Shown: piece after piece, positions 19,801 to 31,127 of the stretch
How the letters are laid out: every line of letters begins with the position of its first letter
Position numbering within the stretch: the first letter of the stretch is position 1
Assembly: GCA_023150935.1 (NCBI GenBank)
Contig: JAKLJW010000008.1
Span: 1,721-65,720 of the forward strand
Direction of reading: 5' to 3'
Source of the DNA: Candidatus Binatia bacterium
GTDB taxonomy: Bacteria > Desulfobacterota > Binatia > HRBIN30
Length of the DNA: 64,000 nt
Translations under genes and position numbers: made by a program
Notes under the pieces: model-generated
What the model saw: only the letters and a program-made list of their open reading frames with translations
What the model was told of the DNA's origin: nothing
The model's database searches: none

Positions 19801-19892
19801 AGGACGGCGAGCCAGAGATCTCCCCTGTCTTGGCGGTCGATCGGCCGCCGTCGAGGGCGAGGGATTCGACTTGATCCCGGAAGCTCGAACAT
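16818..19892 (-). CDS. Large (~1020 aa) exported protein: YVTN-type beta-propeller repeats, zinc-ribbon, and C-terminal di-haem cytochrome c peroxidase (CCP/MauG)-family domain
   Basis: YVTLAG/VVVTN/VYVSN repeats. CPMCGW…CVRCGF zinc ribbon. CVHCH and CAGCH motifs about 170 aa apart. C-terminal …APSLRGLWARPPRFLHHGHAVSLREVL matches the CCP-family PSLRN…PYFHDG…TLEEVV motif. Ends with TAG at 16818-16820. Confidence 0.6.
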   Translation of the reverse strand: MFELPGSSRIPRPRRRPIDRQDRGDLWLAVLACAALVTGIGVSLYRNSAGNHDAGRAVPVAPPVDLAGTPDDSSAPEAPRNLLPVANPDPSLPRQPLRTRPYRVAATLDGARAYVTLAGKEIAPGSEVVVFDVPRRREIGRVAVGSHPYGIALHPTGRWVVVTNRFSNYLSVIDVATDRVVSSIPVPFYAEDLIFAPDGRTVYVSNFWTNQVLVVDLTWDDDRLSGRLRELGFDRRRFFGTPRRHPTGWRKCPMCGWRDANPAATRCVRCGFAPLEEIAPPPQTGGPDGIKGVLRARCGTASCHLYAAGGFYAGRDDRQIFRSTVVHARAGAPELSPLLLAVTATRHGGRADSIDGKHHPGGVVFPEPDRDPDFAALRRWIADGTEGPGISVGDKPRDMAIAPDGSTLYVANTGSLDVSVVDLGSRRETRRIFTRSPVNDIAWARGRLVFATLNVGSGHPGDHDAGRESLDSREPNADFTLWRDPATARPLPLDRQRPLGRFDAVDGTAQEKFRDIGNDIVILDPGAERVDVYTASETFTRYTSDSFEALPGDVKGDLPPDLLRVAGAFPEQIAADGDRLFVSMSGTFEVQEWHVSVDAPPSGRLRPGRVFATGLKPTGLAVAGSTLVVANHLDESVTFVDMRDGTTVTRSVSRLPQAFPATDFERGEFFVQTSVFSVDQDQSCVHCHYRDTSDGKQWSVSQVMGQSRHGDERTGGSREVPDLRALVQKVPFFVEGTLSIDEPLTMMMEHNPLVDFQGHTPAGDFDGIRVTAEDAARYATSADTIVVATGRAWNREGVTLADLLKRRDRHFARISARYLGRAYSFRELQKFIGDYQRGEPRLLPNPVDPGDPMVRHGRALFESPRVGCAGCHPAPAFTDKQHAYNQNRAFPPLVTPAARDDAHTLVSADRIDAINGYVRPWDPDDGGRVEEREGFFVAPSLRGLWARPPRFLHHGHAVSLREVLCTPDHPALGRLPAPRPDADRPDQRERGLNERDGLPDTHGVTSHLTVWDIECLTRYVLSIE

Positions 19893-19986
19893 CCCCCAAC
19901 CGCCGTAGTCCCGTGAGGAGTTGAAGACAGCCAGCATATGCGACGCGAACGAAGGGGCGGTCAAGTACCTCATCCCGCTGCGCAGT

Positions 19987-20126
19987 CAGGTCCCTCTCCT
20001 TCGAACATTGGGATGGGTGGGACCGGGGATGGGCAAGTGCAATGGCGGGCAGCCATCGGGGTCGGCATCGGCATCGGTATCGATCCGATTCCCTCGATCC
20101 CGATAGCGGTTCCGACCCCGACCCCA
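19987..20126 (+). repeat. Repeat family copy B (core ~20032-20126)
   Basis: Same orientation as copy A, about 90% identical over the core. Lies about 100-250 bp upstream of the start of the 16818..19892 gene. Confidence 0.7.
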
Positions 20127-20142
20127 CGGCAACAGCACCCCA

Positions 20143-20500
20143 CCGCGGAGTCAGGTCCCTCTCCCAGCGGGAGAGGTCAGGTGAGGGGATCCACATCCTC
20201 CCGCAGTTCAGTCCCGTGTCACGATCGCCACGCCCCGCACCGCTTCCCCAATTCTCGCCAGCACACCCTCGATGTTTTCAATCACGTCGTTGTTCCAGAA
20301 CCGCACAACCCGGCACCCCGAGAGTTTCAGAAACCGGGCACGCTCTTGGTCGTATTCCCGTTGCTCCAAGTGCTGACCGCCATCTACTTCCACCACCAGC
20401 CTCGATTCCACGCAACAGAAGTCGACGTGACGCTCGTGCCTCATTCGATCTTATCCCCTCACCTGTCCTCTCCCGCCGGGAGAGGAACCTGACTCCGCGG
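20143..20500 (+). mobile_element. MITE/REP-like cassette: 48-bp inverted repeats (20143-20190 and 20453-20500, 45/48 identical) flanking a DUF559 gene fragment
   Basis: Each arm is itself a palindrome (cctctccc-agc-gggagagg). The cassette is the only material present in repeat copy B but absent from copy A, which suggests a nested insertion. Confidence 0.5.
20208..20444 (-). pseudogene. N-terminally truncated DUF559 (very-short-patch-repair-like endonuclease fold) protein fragment
   Basis: …VDFCCVESRLVVEVDGGQHLEQREYDQERARFLKLSGCRVVRFWNNDV… is the conserved C-terminal two-thirds of DUF559 proteins. The N-terminal region is replaced by the inverted repeat. Confidence 0.6.
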
Positions 20501-20533
20501 CGGGGTGCTGTTACCGTGCTGTGGCGGGCATCG

Positions 20534-20554
20534 AACGCGCGCGGAGCGCGCGTT
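20534..20554 (+). terminator. GC hairpin aacgcgcgc-gga-gcgcgcgtt (copy B)
   Basis: Identical to 8404-8424. It is about 20 bp downstream of the TAA of the 20575..23127 gene. Confidence 0.35.
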
Positions 20555-20574
20555 TCACCTGGGCGGGCCGGTGG

Positions 20575-23127
20575 TTACTGCGGTACCGCCCGCCAACTCC
20601 GGTGCGCCGGCACGCCGATCTCCGGCGCATGGCCGAGCACCGCGTACGGATATGCGAAGGCCAGGGCATCGCGCTGCACGTCGAGCGGCGGGGCGTCGCC
20701 CAGGTACGGCGCGATCAGCAACCGGAAATGCTGCCGCTGTCCGTTGTAGGAAGGCGCATGCGGATCGGTAGTGTCCGCCAGCTTCTCCGCCAGGAACTTG
20801 CCGAGACCCGTGACCCCCGTGGCGTAAGAGAGTTGCCGGCCGTAGTAGCTGCCGAAGGGATTGAGAAAGATGAGCGTCTCGTTGCCGTCGCGGCGCGTGC
20901 GCATCGGGCAGAACGCGAAACACGCCATCGCATCGGCCGTCTGCGCAACCAGCAACCCGCGTTCGCCGTCGCTGACGGCGACCCAGCCGTGGGTGACGTG
21001 GTTGTTGAACGCGTCGAGTTCGCGGTTAGCCGAGAAGGCGCCGTACTCGGGCTCGTAGCTGCTGACGTGCCCGAAGTAATTGTGCTTCCACACCCGCAGC
21101 GGGCGTCCCGGTCGACCGCGCAACGCCGGCACGATCTCGCACGGCATCACCTCGTGCCAGTGGCCGTCGTAAACCTGTTCGAGGCGCCGTGCCCGCTCGC
21201 GCTTGAAGTTGCGCGAGTGCGTGTGCGGATAGCGGACGCGCGTATCCACGAACAGGTACGGCAGGCCGGTCGCCAACAGGTACTCGCGCTCGAACTCCAC
21301 GTCGGCGGCAGGCTCGCTGTAGATGGTCGCTTTCCCGCGCACACCCACGATCCCGATATTGCCATCGCCGAGTGCGGCTACGGTCGTGGGTTCCCATTGC
21401 GTCACCCGGGTTACGGCCCCGCGGTAGGTCACGGCGCTGCGCATGACTTCTCCCGCGCTCCATTGCTGTCCGAGCGCGGTCAGGCCCACTGGCCGGCCCG
21501 CGGCGTCGAAGGCGAGGGTCAGATGCTCGTTAAGCAGCACACCGTCGCGCGCGATGACGGTCCCCGACGACGGCGCGATCGCGGGTGCTCCCAGTTCGAG
21601 GCGGTACGGGCGCCGCTCGCCCGCCTCCAGCGTCGCCACGAAGAGCAGTTCGCCGTCGGCGTTGCCGGGAGCGCCGGAAAGGCCACGCACCGCCGCGGTC
21701 TGCCTCCGGCCGTCGCCGGTGACGACCGCGGCGCCAGCCGGCGGCGCGGCAGCGAGGCGCAGCGGCAGTCGCACCAGCGCCCGCGACGGGGCGGCGGCGT
21801 AGGTTACGGCGTCGGTGGAGACGCCGCGCACGTAGTCCACGAGCGAGAACGAAAAGCCCTGCGGATCTTCGGCCGTGGCGCCGGCGGCCAGATCGAAGGC
21901 CCGGGCGGCCTCGGCGACCGCTTCGTCGACCAGGGCGGTGACCGTGTGCAGCCGGGTCTTGTTGACGATCGGGGAGGCCAGACCGAAGTGAGTGGTCGAA
22001 AGCGCGAGGAGGCGCGCCTGCGCCGCGGCCTCGAGCCGCGCCGCGATGACGTCGCGGTCGCCGCCGGAGAGGGAATCGTCGCACAGGCGGCGCGCCTGCA
22101 GGTCGAGGATGCGGGCCCGTTCGATGCCCGTCCAGATGTGATGGTTCGACCATTTCTCCGCCCAGCTCGAGTAACCGTCGAAACTGCCGTCGGCCGTGTC
22201 CTGCGCAATGACGATATCGGCCAGAGGGGGGTGGGTTTCCAGGTACGCGCCGGGGGTCGTGAAGGCGACGAAGTCGAGCCCGCGGGCAATATCGATCAAA
22301 CCGTCGAGGCCGCGAAGCTCCGGCATGAGACGATCGATCAGCGGCACGGAGACCCCGGCCCAGAAAGGGTCGTCGGCGTCGGCATCGAGCAGGAGCAGGA
22401 AGTCGATCGGCTCCGCCATGGCGAGTTGATAGCGCCGCAAGCGCCGCAGCCAGCGCGCGAACGAGACGTGCTCGGCGAGGTCGCCGTGGTTGTGCGCCGG
22501 CAGGAGGACCATGGAGCGCTCGATACCCGAGTAGGTCAGGCGCAGCGGATTGCAGCGCCGTTCGAGGGGCAACGGCGGCACGAAGTTGCTGAAGGCGTTG
22601 AACGGCACGCCGCTGTAATAGAGGCTGATGCAGTCGATGCCGTGGCGCGGGTACAGAGCCAGGTGCAGCGGCGTGTACATCATCTCCTGCGGGCGTACGA
22701 TCGGCGCGAAAGTGCCGAAGAGGTCGCGTACGCCCGACCCGGCTGCGTTGGTCAGGGCGCGAGAGATAGCGGCGTCGAATTCGCTGGCCGTGTGCGCGGC
22801 AATCAAACCGTTGTTGTACGACATCGCCTCGACTTCGTCCTGCCCGGCGGCGACGCGGCGCCGGATAGCGGCGATCAGGTCGGGGCAGTGCGCGGGCATG
22901 ATACGTTCGAGCGAGAAGTAGTTCTCGATATCCCAGGTGCCGCGCACCGGCACGCCGCGCGCATTCCAGGTGTCGAGGACCTCGACGATCCGGCGGATGA
23001 TGCGGATGTCCTTGCCGAAGCCGTCCTCGTCGACCGTGTCGCCGCGGTAGGAATGGTAGAAGTTCGCGTGAAAGCGAAACGCGAGATGGATCCGCGGCGC
23101 AGAGGCGGCTGCCGGCGTGCCTGCCAT
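20575..23127 (-). CDS. Large (~850 aa) putative carbohydrate-active enzyme (GH57/GH38-like N-terminal domain); function uncertain
   Basis: N-terminus RIHLAFRFHANFYHSYRGD…DIENYFSLE loosely resembles the GH57 motif. Start ATG 23127 (MAGTPAAAS…) was chosen over upstream Arg-rich codons. Confidence 0.4.
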   Translation of the reverse strand: MAGTPAAASAPRIHLAFRFHANFYHSYRGDTVDEDGFGKDIRIIRRIVEVLDTWNARGVPVRGTWDIENYFSLERIMPAHCPDLIAAIRRRVAAGQDEVEAMSYNNGLIAAHTASEFDAAISRALTNAAGSGVRDLFGTFAPIVRPQEMMYTPLHLALYPRHGIDCISLYYSGVPFNAFSNFVPPLPLERRCNPLRLTYSGIERSMVLLPAHNHGDLAEHVSFARWLRRLRRYQLAMAEPIDFLLLLDADADDPFWAGVSVPLIDRLMPELRGLDGLIDIARGLDFVAFTTPGAYLETHPPLADIVIAQDTADGSFDGYSSWAEKWSNHHIWTGIERARILDLQARRLCDDSLSGGDRDVIAARLEAAAQARLLALSTTHFGLASPIVNKTRLHTVTALVDEAVAEAARAFDLAAGATAEDPQGFSFSLVDYVRGVSTDAVTYAAAPSRALVRLPLRLAAAPPAGAAVVTGDGRRQTAAVRGLSGAPGNADGELLFVATLEAGERRPYRLELGAPAIAPSSGTVIARDGVLLNEHLTLAFDAAGRPVGLTALGQQWSAGEVMRSAVTYRGAVTRVTQWEPTTVAALGDGNIGIVGVRGKATIYSEPAADVEFEREYLLATGLPYLFVDTRVRYPHTHSRNFKRERARRLEQVYDGHWHEVMPCEIVPALRGRPGRPLRVWKHNYFGHVSSYEPEYGAFSANRELDAFNNHVTHGWVAVSDGERGLLVAQTADAMACFAFCPMRTRRDGNETLIFLNPFGSYYGRQLSYATGVTGLGKFLAEKLADTTDPHAPSYNGQRQHFRLLIAPYLGDAPPLDVQRDALAFAYPYAVLGHAPEIGVPAHRSWRAVPQ

Positions 23128-23171
23128 GATGTCGCTCCTTTCCTCGTCCGCCGGTGCGCCCGGTCTGGGAA

Positions 23172-26100
23172 CTAAGTGGTGTGGCCGCGGTCGATTGCCG
23201 GCGTTGCCGCCGGCGGTAGACCGGGGGCCGCCGAAGGCACACGATCGGCTCGGCGTCCGCTGATTCGCGCCAGGAAGCGGCCGATATCCTCGAGAACCAG
23301 GTACCCGCACGGAACCACGAGCAGCGTGATAAGCGTTGCGAACAGCACCCCATAACCGAGCGAGATGGCCATCGGGATTAGAAACTGCGCCTGGACGCTT
23401 TGCTCCGTCATCAGAGGCAACAATCCGACGAAGGTCGTCAGTGAAGTCAGCACGATGGGCCGAAACCGGGCCACGCCCGCTTCGGTAATCGCGTCGTGGA
23501 CGGTCACGCCTTCGCTGCGGGCCTCGTTGACGAAGTGCACCAACACCAGACTCGCGTTCACCACCACACCGGAAAGGGCGACGATACCGATCACCGACAT
23601 CATGCTCAGATGTCGACCCATCAAGAGGTGCCCGCCGATCGCACCGACGATGCCGAACGGAATCACGCTCATGATGATGAACGGCTGGGTATACGAACCC
23701 AGCGGGATCGCCAGCAACGCGTACACCGCGAACAGCGCCAGAACGTACGCGCCCAGCAAACCCGACAGCGCGCGGGTCTGCTCGCGTTGCTCCCCTTCGA
23801 GATCGTAAGACACCGACGGGTAGTCGGCGAGGATGCGCGGCAGCTTCTCGCCGGTCATATCCTCCAGCACTTCGTTTGCCGTCGTCACCGCGCGGTCGAC
23901 GTCGGCCGTAACGTTGACGACGCGCTTGCGGTCGGTGCGCCGGATCGTCGAATAGCCGCGGCCGAGATCGACCGTGGCCACCGTCGAAAAGGGCACCTCG
24001 GTGCCGTCCGGGGCGCGCACGCGGAGATTTTCGAGATCGCCGATCGAAGTTCGATCGCGCTCCGGGTACCGGACCATGACCCGGATGTCGTCGCGCCCGC
24101 GCTGGATGCGTTGCGCCTCCTGTCCGTAGAAAGCCTGCCGCACCTGACGCGCGAGGTCCTGCAGGGTCAACCCCAGCAATTCGGCCGACGGTCGGATGCC
24201 GAGCTTGATCTCGCGCTTGCCGGCACGAAAGGAGTCGGCGATGTCGACGACGCCGGGATAACGCGCGAGTTCGTCCTTTACGCGCCGTGCCGCCTGCGCC
24301 AGTTCATCGATGTCGGTGCCGGCCAACTCGATATCGATGGCGTTGCCGGCCGAAAACAGGTCGGAGGCATACCCGAGCTCGGTCGCTCCCGGCACGGCGC
24401 CGACGAGATCGCGCCAGCGCTGGCCGATCTCCCCGGTGCTGATGTCGCGCTCCTCGGAAGGCACGAGCCCGATCACCACCTCGGCGACATTGCCGCGCAC
24501 TTCGCCGATCCCCTGCACCGCCGCGGGGTTATTGTCCTGCCGGTCCTTCAACGGCTGCGCCCCGACCGCCGTGAGCACGTTCTTGAATAGACTGGCGCCG
24601 GGCCGCGCGTGCGCCGCGTCGATCTCCTGCCGCAACGGCCCCACGGCCGCCGCGATACGGTCGACCGCCGCCTGCGTGACTTCGGCGGTCGTGCCCGGCG
24701 GCATCGTCAGACGGGCTGACAGGTAATCCGCCTCGATGGGCGGAAAGAAGGAGAAGTGCATGCGGCCGCTGGCAACCACCGTGAACGCCAGCAGCAACAG
24801 TACCATCGCAATGGCAATGGTCGTGTAGCGCCATTCCTGCGCCAGCACCAACACCGGGCGGTAGACCTTGTGCGCGAAAGCTATCAACCCATCGCTGCAG
24901 CGGTCTTGCAGCCCCACCCATGCGCGCCCGACTCGGGTACGAGGTCCGCGGTGCGGATGGGCGTGACCGAGATGAGCGGGCAGCACGAATTGCGACTCGA
25001 TCAGCGAACACACCAGGCACGCGATCGACACGATGCCGGCGACGGCGAACACCTGGCCCATCGGGCCCGGCAGCACCACCATCGGCACGAACGTCGCCAC
25101 GGTCGTCAGGACGCCGAAGACCACCGGTACCGTCACCTGTTGCGTGCCGATCACCGCGCCTTCGAGGTTGTTGCCGAGCTTCTCCTGCCAGGTGTGAACG
25201 CTCTCGCCGACCACCGTGGCGTCGTCGACGAGGATGCCGAGCACGACGATGAACGCGAACAGCGAAATGACGTTGATCGAGATGCCGAGCGGATTGAACA
25301 GCGCGAGAGCGCCGAGGAAGGAAATCGGGACGCCGAGGGTTACCCACGCCGCCAGTCGCGTGTGCAGGAACAGCGTGAGCACGATAAACACGAGAATGAA
25401 CCCGCTTCTCGCGTTGCTCAGCAGCGTTTCGAGCCGGCCGCGCAACGGCACCGAATCGTCTTGCCAGACGGTCAGCGAGACGCCCTCGGGCAGCCGCGGT
25501 TGGGCCGTGGCGACGTATTCTTTGACCGCCTCCGCGATCTCGATAACGTCCTGCTGCCCGACCCGAAACACCTGGATCAGCAGCGCGGGTTTTCCGTCGA
25601 AACGTCCCGAGACGCTGGTATCCGCGAAGCCGTCGACGACCGTGGCGACGTCGCCGAGCGTTACCCGGGTGCCGTCGGCGCGCGTGAGGACGATGATGTC
25701 CTCGAAGTCCGGCCCGCGGTACGCCTGCCCTTTCGCGCGCAGCAGGATTTCTCCGCCGGCCGTCTCGATGGTGCCTCCGGGCAGATCGAGCGAAGAGCGG
25801 CGGACGGCGGCGGCGACATGATCGAACGTGATGCCGTGGCGGCGCAGCGCCTCCTCGGAAATCTCGATCGAGATCTCGAACGGCCGCGCCAGTACCACGT
25901 CGACCTGAGTGATCGCCGGATGGGCGGCAAGCTCGTCGCGGATCCGTTCGGCAATGGCGCGCAGGCTGCGCTCGTCGGCGGGCCCGTAGAGGGCGATGTC
26001 GCTCACCGGGCGCCGAATCGTAACGCGCGCCACGATCGGCTTCTCCGTCTCCGTGGGAAACGTGTTGATGGCATCGACGCGGTTCTTGATGTCGGTGAAC

Positions 26101-26414
26101 ACGCGATCGACGTCGGAGCCGGCGAGCACCTCCGCAATAACCGCACATGCTCCCTCGGCGGCCGTCGAACGAATGCGGTCGATGCCGTCGATACCGTCGA
26201 TCTGCTCTTCGATGCGAACGCAGACGCCCTCTTCGACTTCCTCGGGCGCGGCGCCCAGGTACTCGACGGCGACGCTCACCATGTCGATATCGATGTCCGG
26301 GAAGGTCTTTTGCGGAATCGACGGCAGGGCCATCAGGCCGCCGACGACGAGAACCATCATCAGCAGGTTGGCCGCGACGTTGTTGCGCGCGAACCAGGCT
26401 ACCGCCGTCTTCAT
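23172..26414 (-). CDS. RND-family efflux permease (AcrB/CzcA superfamily)
   Basis: About 1080 aa with 12-TM RND topology and two large periplasmic loops. Start at MKTAVAWFARNNVAANLLM (ATG 26414). Confidence 0.85.
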   Translation of the reverse strand: MKTAVAWFARNNVAANLLMMVLVVGGLMALPSIPQKTFPDIDIDMVSVAVEYLGAAPEEVEEGVCVRIEEQIDGIDGIDRIRSTAAEGACAVIAEVLAGSDVDRVFTDIKNRVDAINTFPTETEKPIVARVTIRRPVSDIALYGPADERSLRAIAERIRDELAAHPAITQVDVVLARPFEISIEISEEALRRHGITFDHVAAAVRRSSLDLPGGTIETAGGEILLRAKGQAYRGPDFEDIIVLTRADGTRVTLGDVATVVDGFADTSVSGRFDGKPALLIQVFRVGQQDVIEIAEAVKEYVATAQPRLPEGVSLTVWQDDSVPLRGRLETLLSNARSGFILVFIVLTLFLHTRLAAWVTLGVPISFLGALALFNPLGISINVISLFAFIVVLGILVDDATVVGESVHTWQEKLGNNLEGAVIGTQQVTVPVVFGVLTTVATFVPMVVLPGPMGQVFAVAGIVSIACLVCSLIESQFVLPAHLGHAHPHRGPRTRVGRAWVGLQDRCSDGLIAFAHKVYRPVLVLAQEWRYTTIAIAMVLLLLAFTVVASGRMHFSFFPPIEADYLSARLTMPPGTTAEVTQAAVDRIAAAVGPLRQEIDAAHARPGASLFKNVLTAVGAQPLKDRQDNNPAAVQGIGEVRGNVAEVVIGLVPSEERDISTGEIGQRWRDLVGAVPGATELGYASDLFSAGNAIDIELAGTDIDELAQAARRVKDELARYPGVVDIADSFRAGKREIKLGIRPSAELLGLTLQDLARQVRQAFYGQEAQRIQRGRDDIRVMVRYPERDRTSIGDLENLRVRAPDGTEVPFSTVATVDLGRGYSTIRRTDRKRVVNVTADVDRAVTTANEVLEDMTGEKLPRILADYPSVSYDLEGEQREQTRALSGLLGAYVLALFAVYALLAIPLGSYTQPFIIMSVIPFGIVGAIGGHLLMGRHLSMMSVIGIVALSGVVVNASLVLVHFVNEARSEGVTVHDAITEAGVARFRPIVLTSLTTFVGLLPLMTEQSVQAQFLIPMAISLGYGVLFATLITLLVVPCGYLVLEDIGRFLARISGRRADRVPSAAPGLPPAATPAIDRGHTT

Positions 26415-26418
26415 CCGC

Positions 26419-27615
26419 TCAGTGCGCCCCGGCGGCGGCCGTCGCCACCGCCGCGTTGTTCCGCATGGCCGGGCGGACGCGCATGCCGTCGACGGCGGTC
26501 TCGATCGCCGAGGTGACGATGCGATCTCCGCGTGCGAAGGTCTTCGCGGCCAGCACAACGTCGCGGCGCTCCCGGCGGATCACATCGGCGCGGCGCATTC
26601 GCAGTCGGTCGTCCGCATCCACCACCAGGACGTGATCTCGATCGCGCATCGCCGCCCGGGGCACCACGACGACCTCGTCGACGGTCCGGCCCAGGATCTC
26701 GGCCTCGACGAACAGACCGACCGCCAGGGGCGGCGCCCCGTCGTTGTCGCCGTAAGGATCGTCGACCGCGGCAACCAGGTTCACCAGGCGACTGCGCGTG
26801 TCGATCTCGCCCTCGGTGCGCACGACATGTCCGCGCCACTCCTGTTCGCGACCGGCAAACTCGGCGCGCAGGACGACTTCCGGGTTTTCGGCCGGCGGCA
26901 GACCGCTACGGCTCAGGAGCGGCACATCGATAAAAGCCAGTTCCGCATCGGCGATCGGCAGGCGGACTTCGGCGCGGTCGATGGCGTACAGGTGAGCCAC
27001 AGGAGCGCCGCGGCTAACGAACTGGCCGACGTCGACGGTCTCGCGGCGCACTCGTCCCGTAAACGGCGCGCGCAGCCTGGTCCGATCGAGATCGCGCTCG
27101 GCCTGTTCGAGTGCGGCCCGAGCCTCCCGCAACGTCGCCGCGGTTACGCGTTCGGCACGCTCGACGTCGTCGAGTTGAGCCTGGCTGGCGACGCCCGTCT
27201 TGATCAGGCCGCGCAGCCGCTCGAGTTCCTTGTCGGCGCGGACGTGCTCGCTTTCGGCGCGGGCCAGCGCCGCCCGCGCCCGCTCGCGCGCCACTTCGTA
27301 GTCGGCGGGTTCGATCTCGATCAGGACCTCCCCCTCCTCGAAGAACCCGCCCGAAACCAGTCGCGGCGATACCCAGACCGCCTTGCCCGAGACCTGCGGC
27401 ACCAGATCGCTCTCGGTCCGGGCCGAGACGGTACCCTGGGTACGCACCCGCATCCGGTGACGGGTGACGTTAACCGGGGCCACTTCGACCGCCGGCGCGA
27501 CCGCCTCCGGGACCCGTTCCGTTACATCCGGCGCGGTTGCGAACAACAGCGCCACGGCACCCAGGCCGGCCGCGAACACGGCAACCGGTAGCACGATCTT
27601 GAGGGTTCGCTTCAC
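26419..27615 (-). CDS. RND efflux periplasmic adaptor (membrane fusion protein, HlyD family)
   Basis: Signal anchor, coiled-coil hairpin, and lipoyl/beta-barrel regions. GTG 27615 (VKRTLKIVLPVAVFAAG). Ends 5 nt before the permease start. Confidence 0.8.
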   Translation of the reverse strand: MKRTLKIVLPVAVFAAGLGAVALLFATAPDVTERVPEAVAPAVEVAPVNVTRHRMRVRTQGTVSARTESDLVPQVSGKAVWVSPRLVSGGFFEEGEVLIEIEPADYEVARERARAALARAESEHVRADKELERLRGLIKTGVASQAQLDDVERAERVTAATLREARAALEQAERDLDRTRLRAPFTGRVRRETVDVGQFVSRGAPVAHLYAIDRAEVRLPIADAELAFIDVPLLSRSGLPPAENPEVVLRAEFAGREQEWRGHVVRTEGEIDTRSRLVNLVAAVDDPYGDNDGAPPLAVGLFVEAEILGRTVDEVVVVPRAAMRDRDHVLVVDADDRLRMRRADVIRRERRDVVLAAKTFARGDRIVTSAIETAVDGMRVRPAMRNNAAVATAAAGAH

Positions 27616-27719
27616 GATCGCGACTATAGGAGGTCGCCTGCCCCAATCAAGGTAGAGCCTCGACGGGGCGGCTCGAGGCATCGCCGGACCCCGGCGGGCG
27701 CTCGGCCGCGGTTGGCGAC

Positions 27720-30389
<2,670 letters not shown>

Positions 30390-30635
30390 GGCGACTGCTA
30401 CCCGGCGAGAGCGTCGAACGGCACCGGCTCGGCACGATCCGCATGCCCCGCCCCCGTGCAGGGACGCTCCGGCGTCGTCCGGGTCGGGACTCTCGGCCAC
30501 GATCGACGGCTAACGGGGCATCGCAGTCGAACCCACCGCGGGCCCGCACAAGCGATCTGTTCATCCGCGGCCGTCATTCACGCAGCTTGTACTTGACGCA
30601 AGCTGCCCCGTCGAGACGGCCGGGTTCCAGCGGGG

Positions 30636-30671
30636 GCCCGTCGTGTGCGGGTCCCCGTCGTGTGCGGGTCG
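30636..30671 (+). repeat. Tandem duplication of a 16-18 bp unit (ccgtcgtgtgcgggtc x2)
   Basis: Read directly from the sequence in the 630-bp non-coding gap upstream of the ATPase. Confidence 0.5.
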
Positions 30672-31127
30672 GACCACTTCAACCTGCGGTAATCGCTGGA
30701 TCTACGTAACGAAATCAGGCGCATTTTGCGGCTATGGCGTCGTTTTCGACGCCAGAACCGCCAGGATACGCCGCCGCTTCCTCACGCAGGACATGGGGCG
30801 CCGCCCTCACCCACCCGATTCCGAGGCAAAAAACGACCGCATAGACCCGTCTTTGAAGCCAGAATAAGCGACTTGTCAAATAAATGCGCGTACATCCGGA
30901 GGTCCGACCCACGCGACTCCGCAGGGTGCGAATTCCCACCGTTTCTCGCTGCGGGCTATGGCGTCCTTCCCGCCCCGTCCCGGCTTGTCCCGGACCGTTC
31001 GTTTGCAGAATGTTTGCGCCTCGTCGGTTCCGGATCTCGGTGGGATGTTGCATCACTCCGAGGGCGACATGGCGACCGTTCGGGCAGGCGCCGGCATCGG
31101 TGGGTGACGGTGCCCGAGTGGCCGCGA

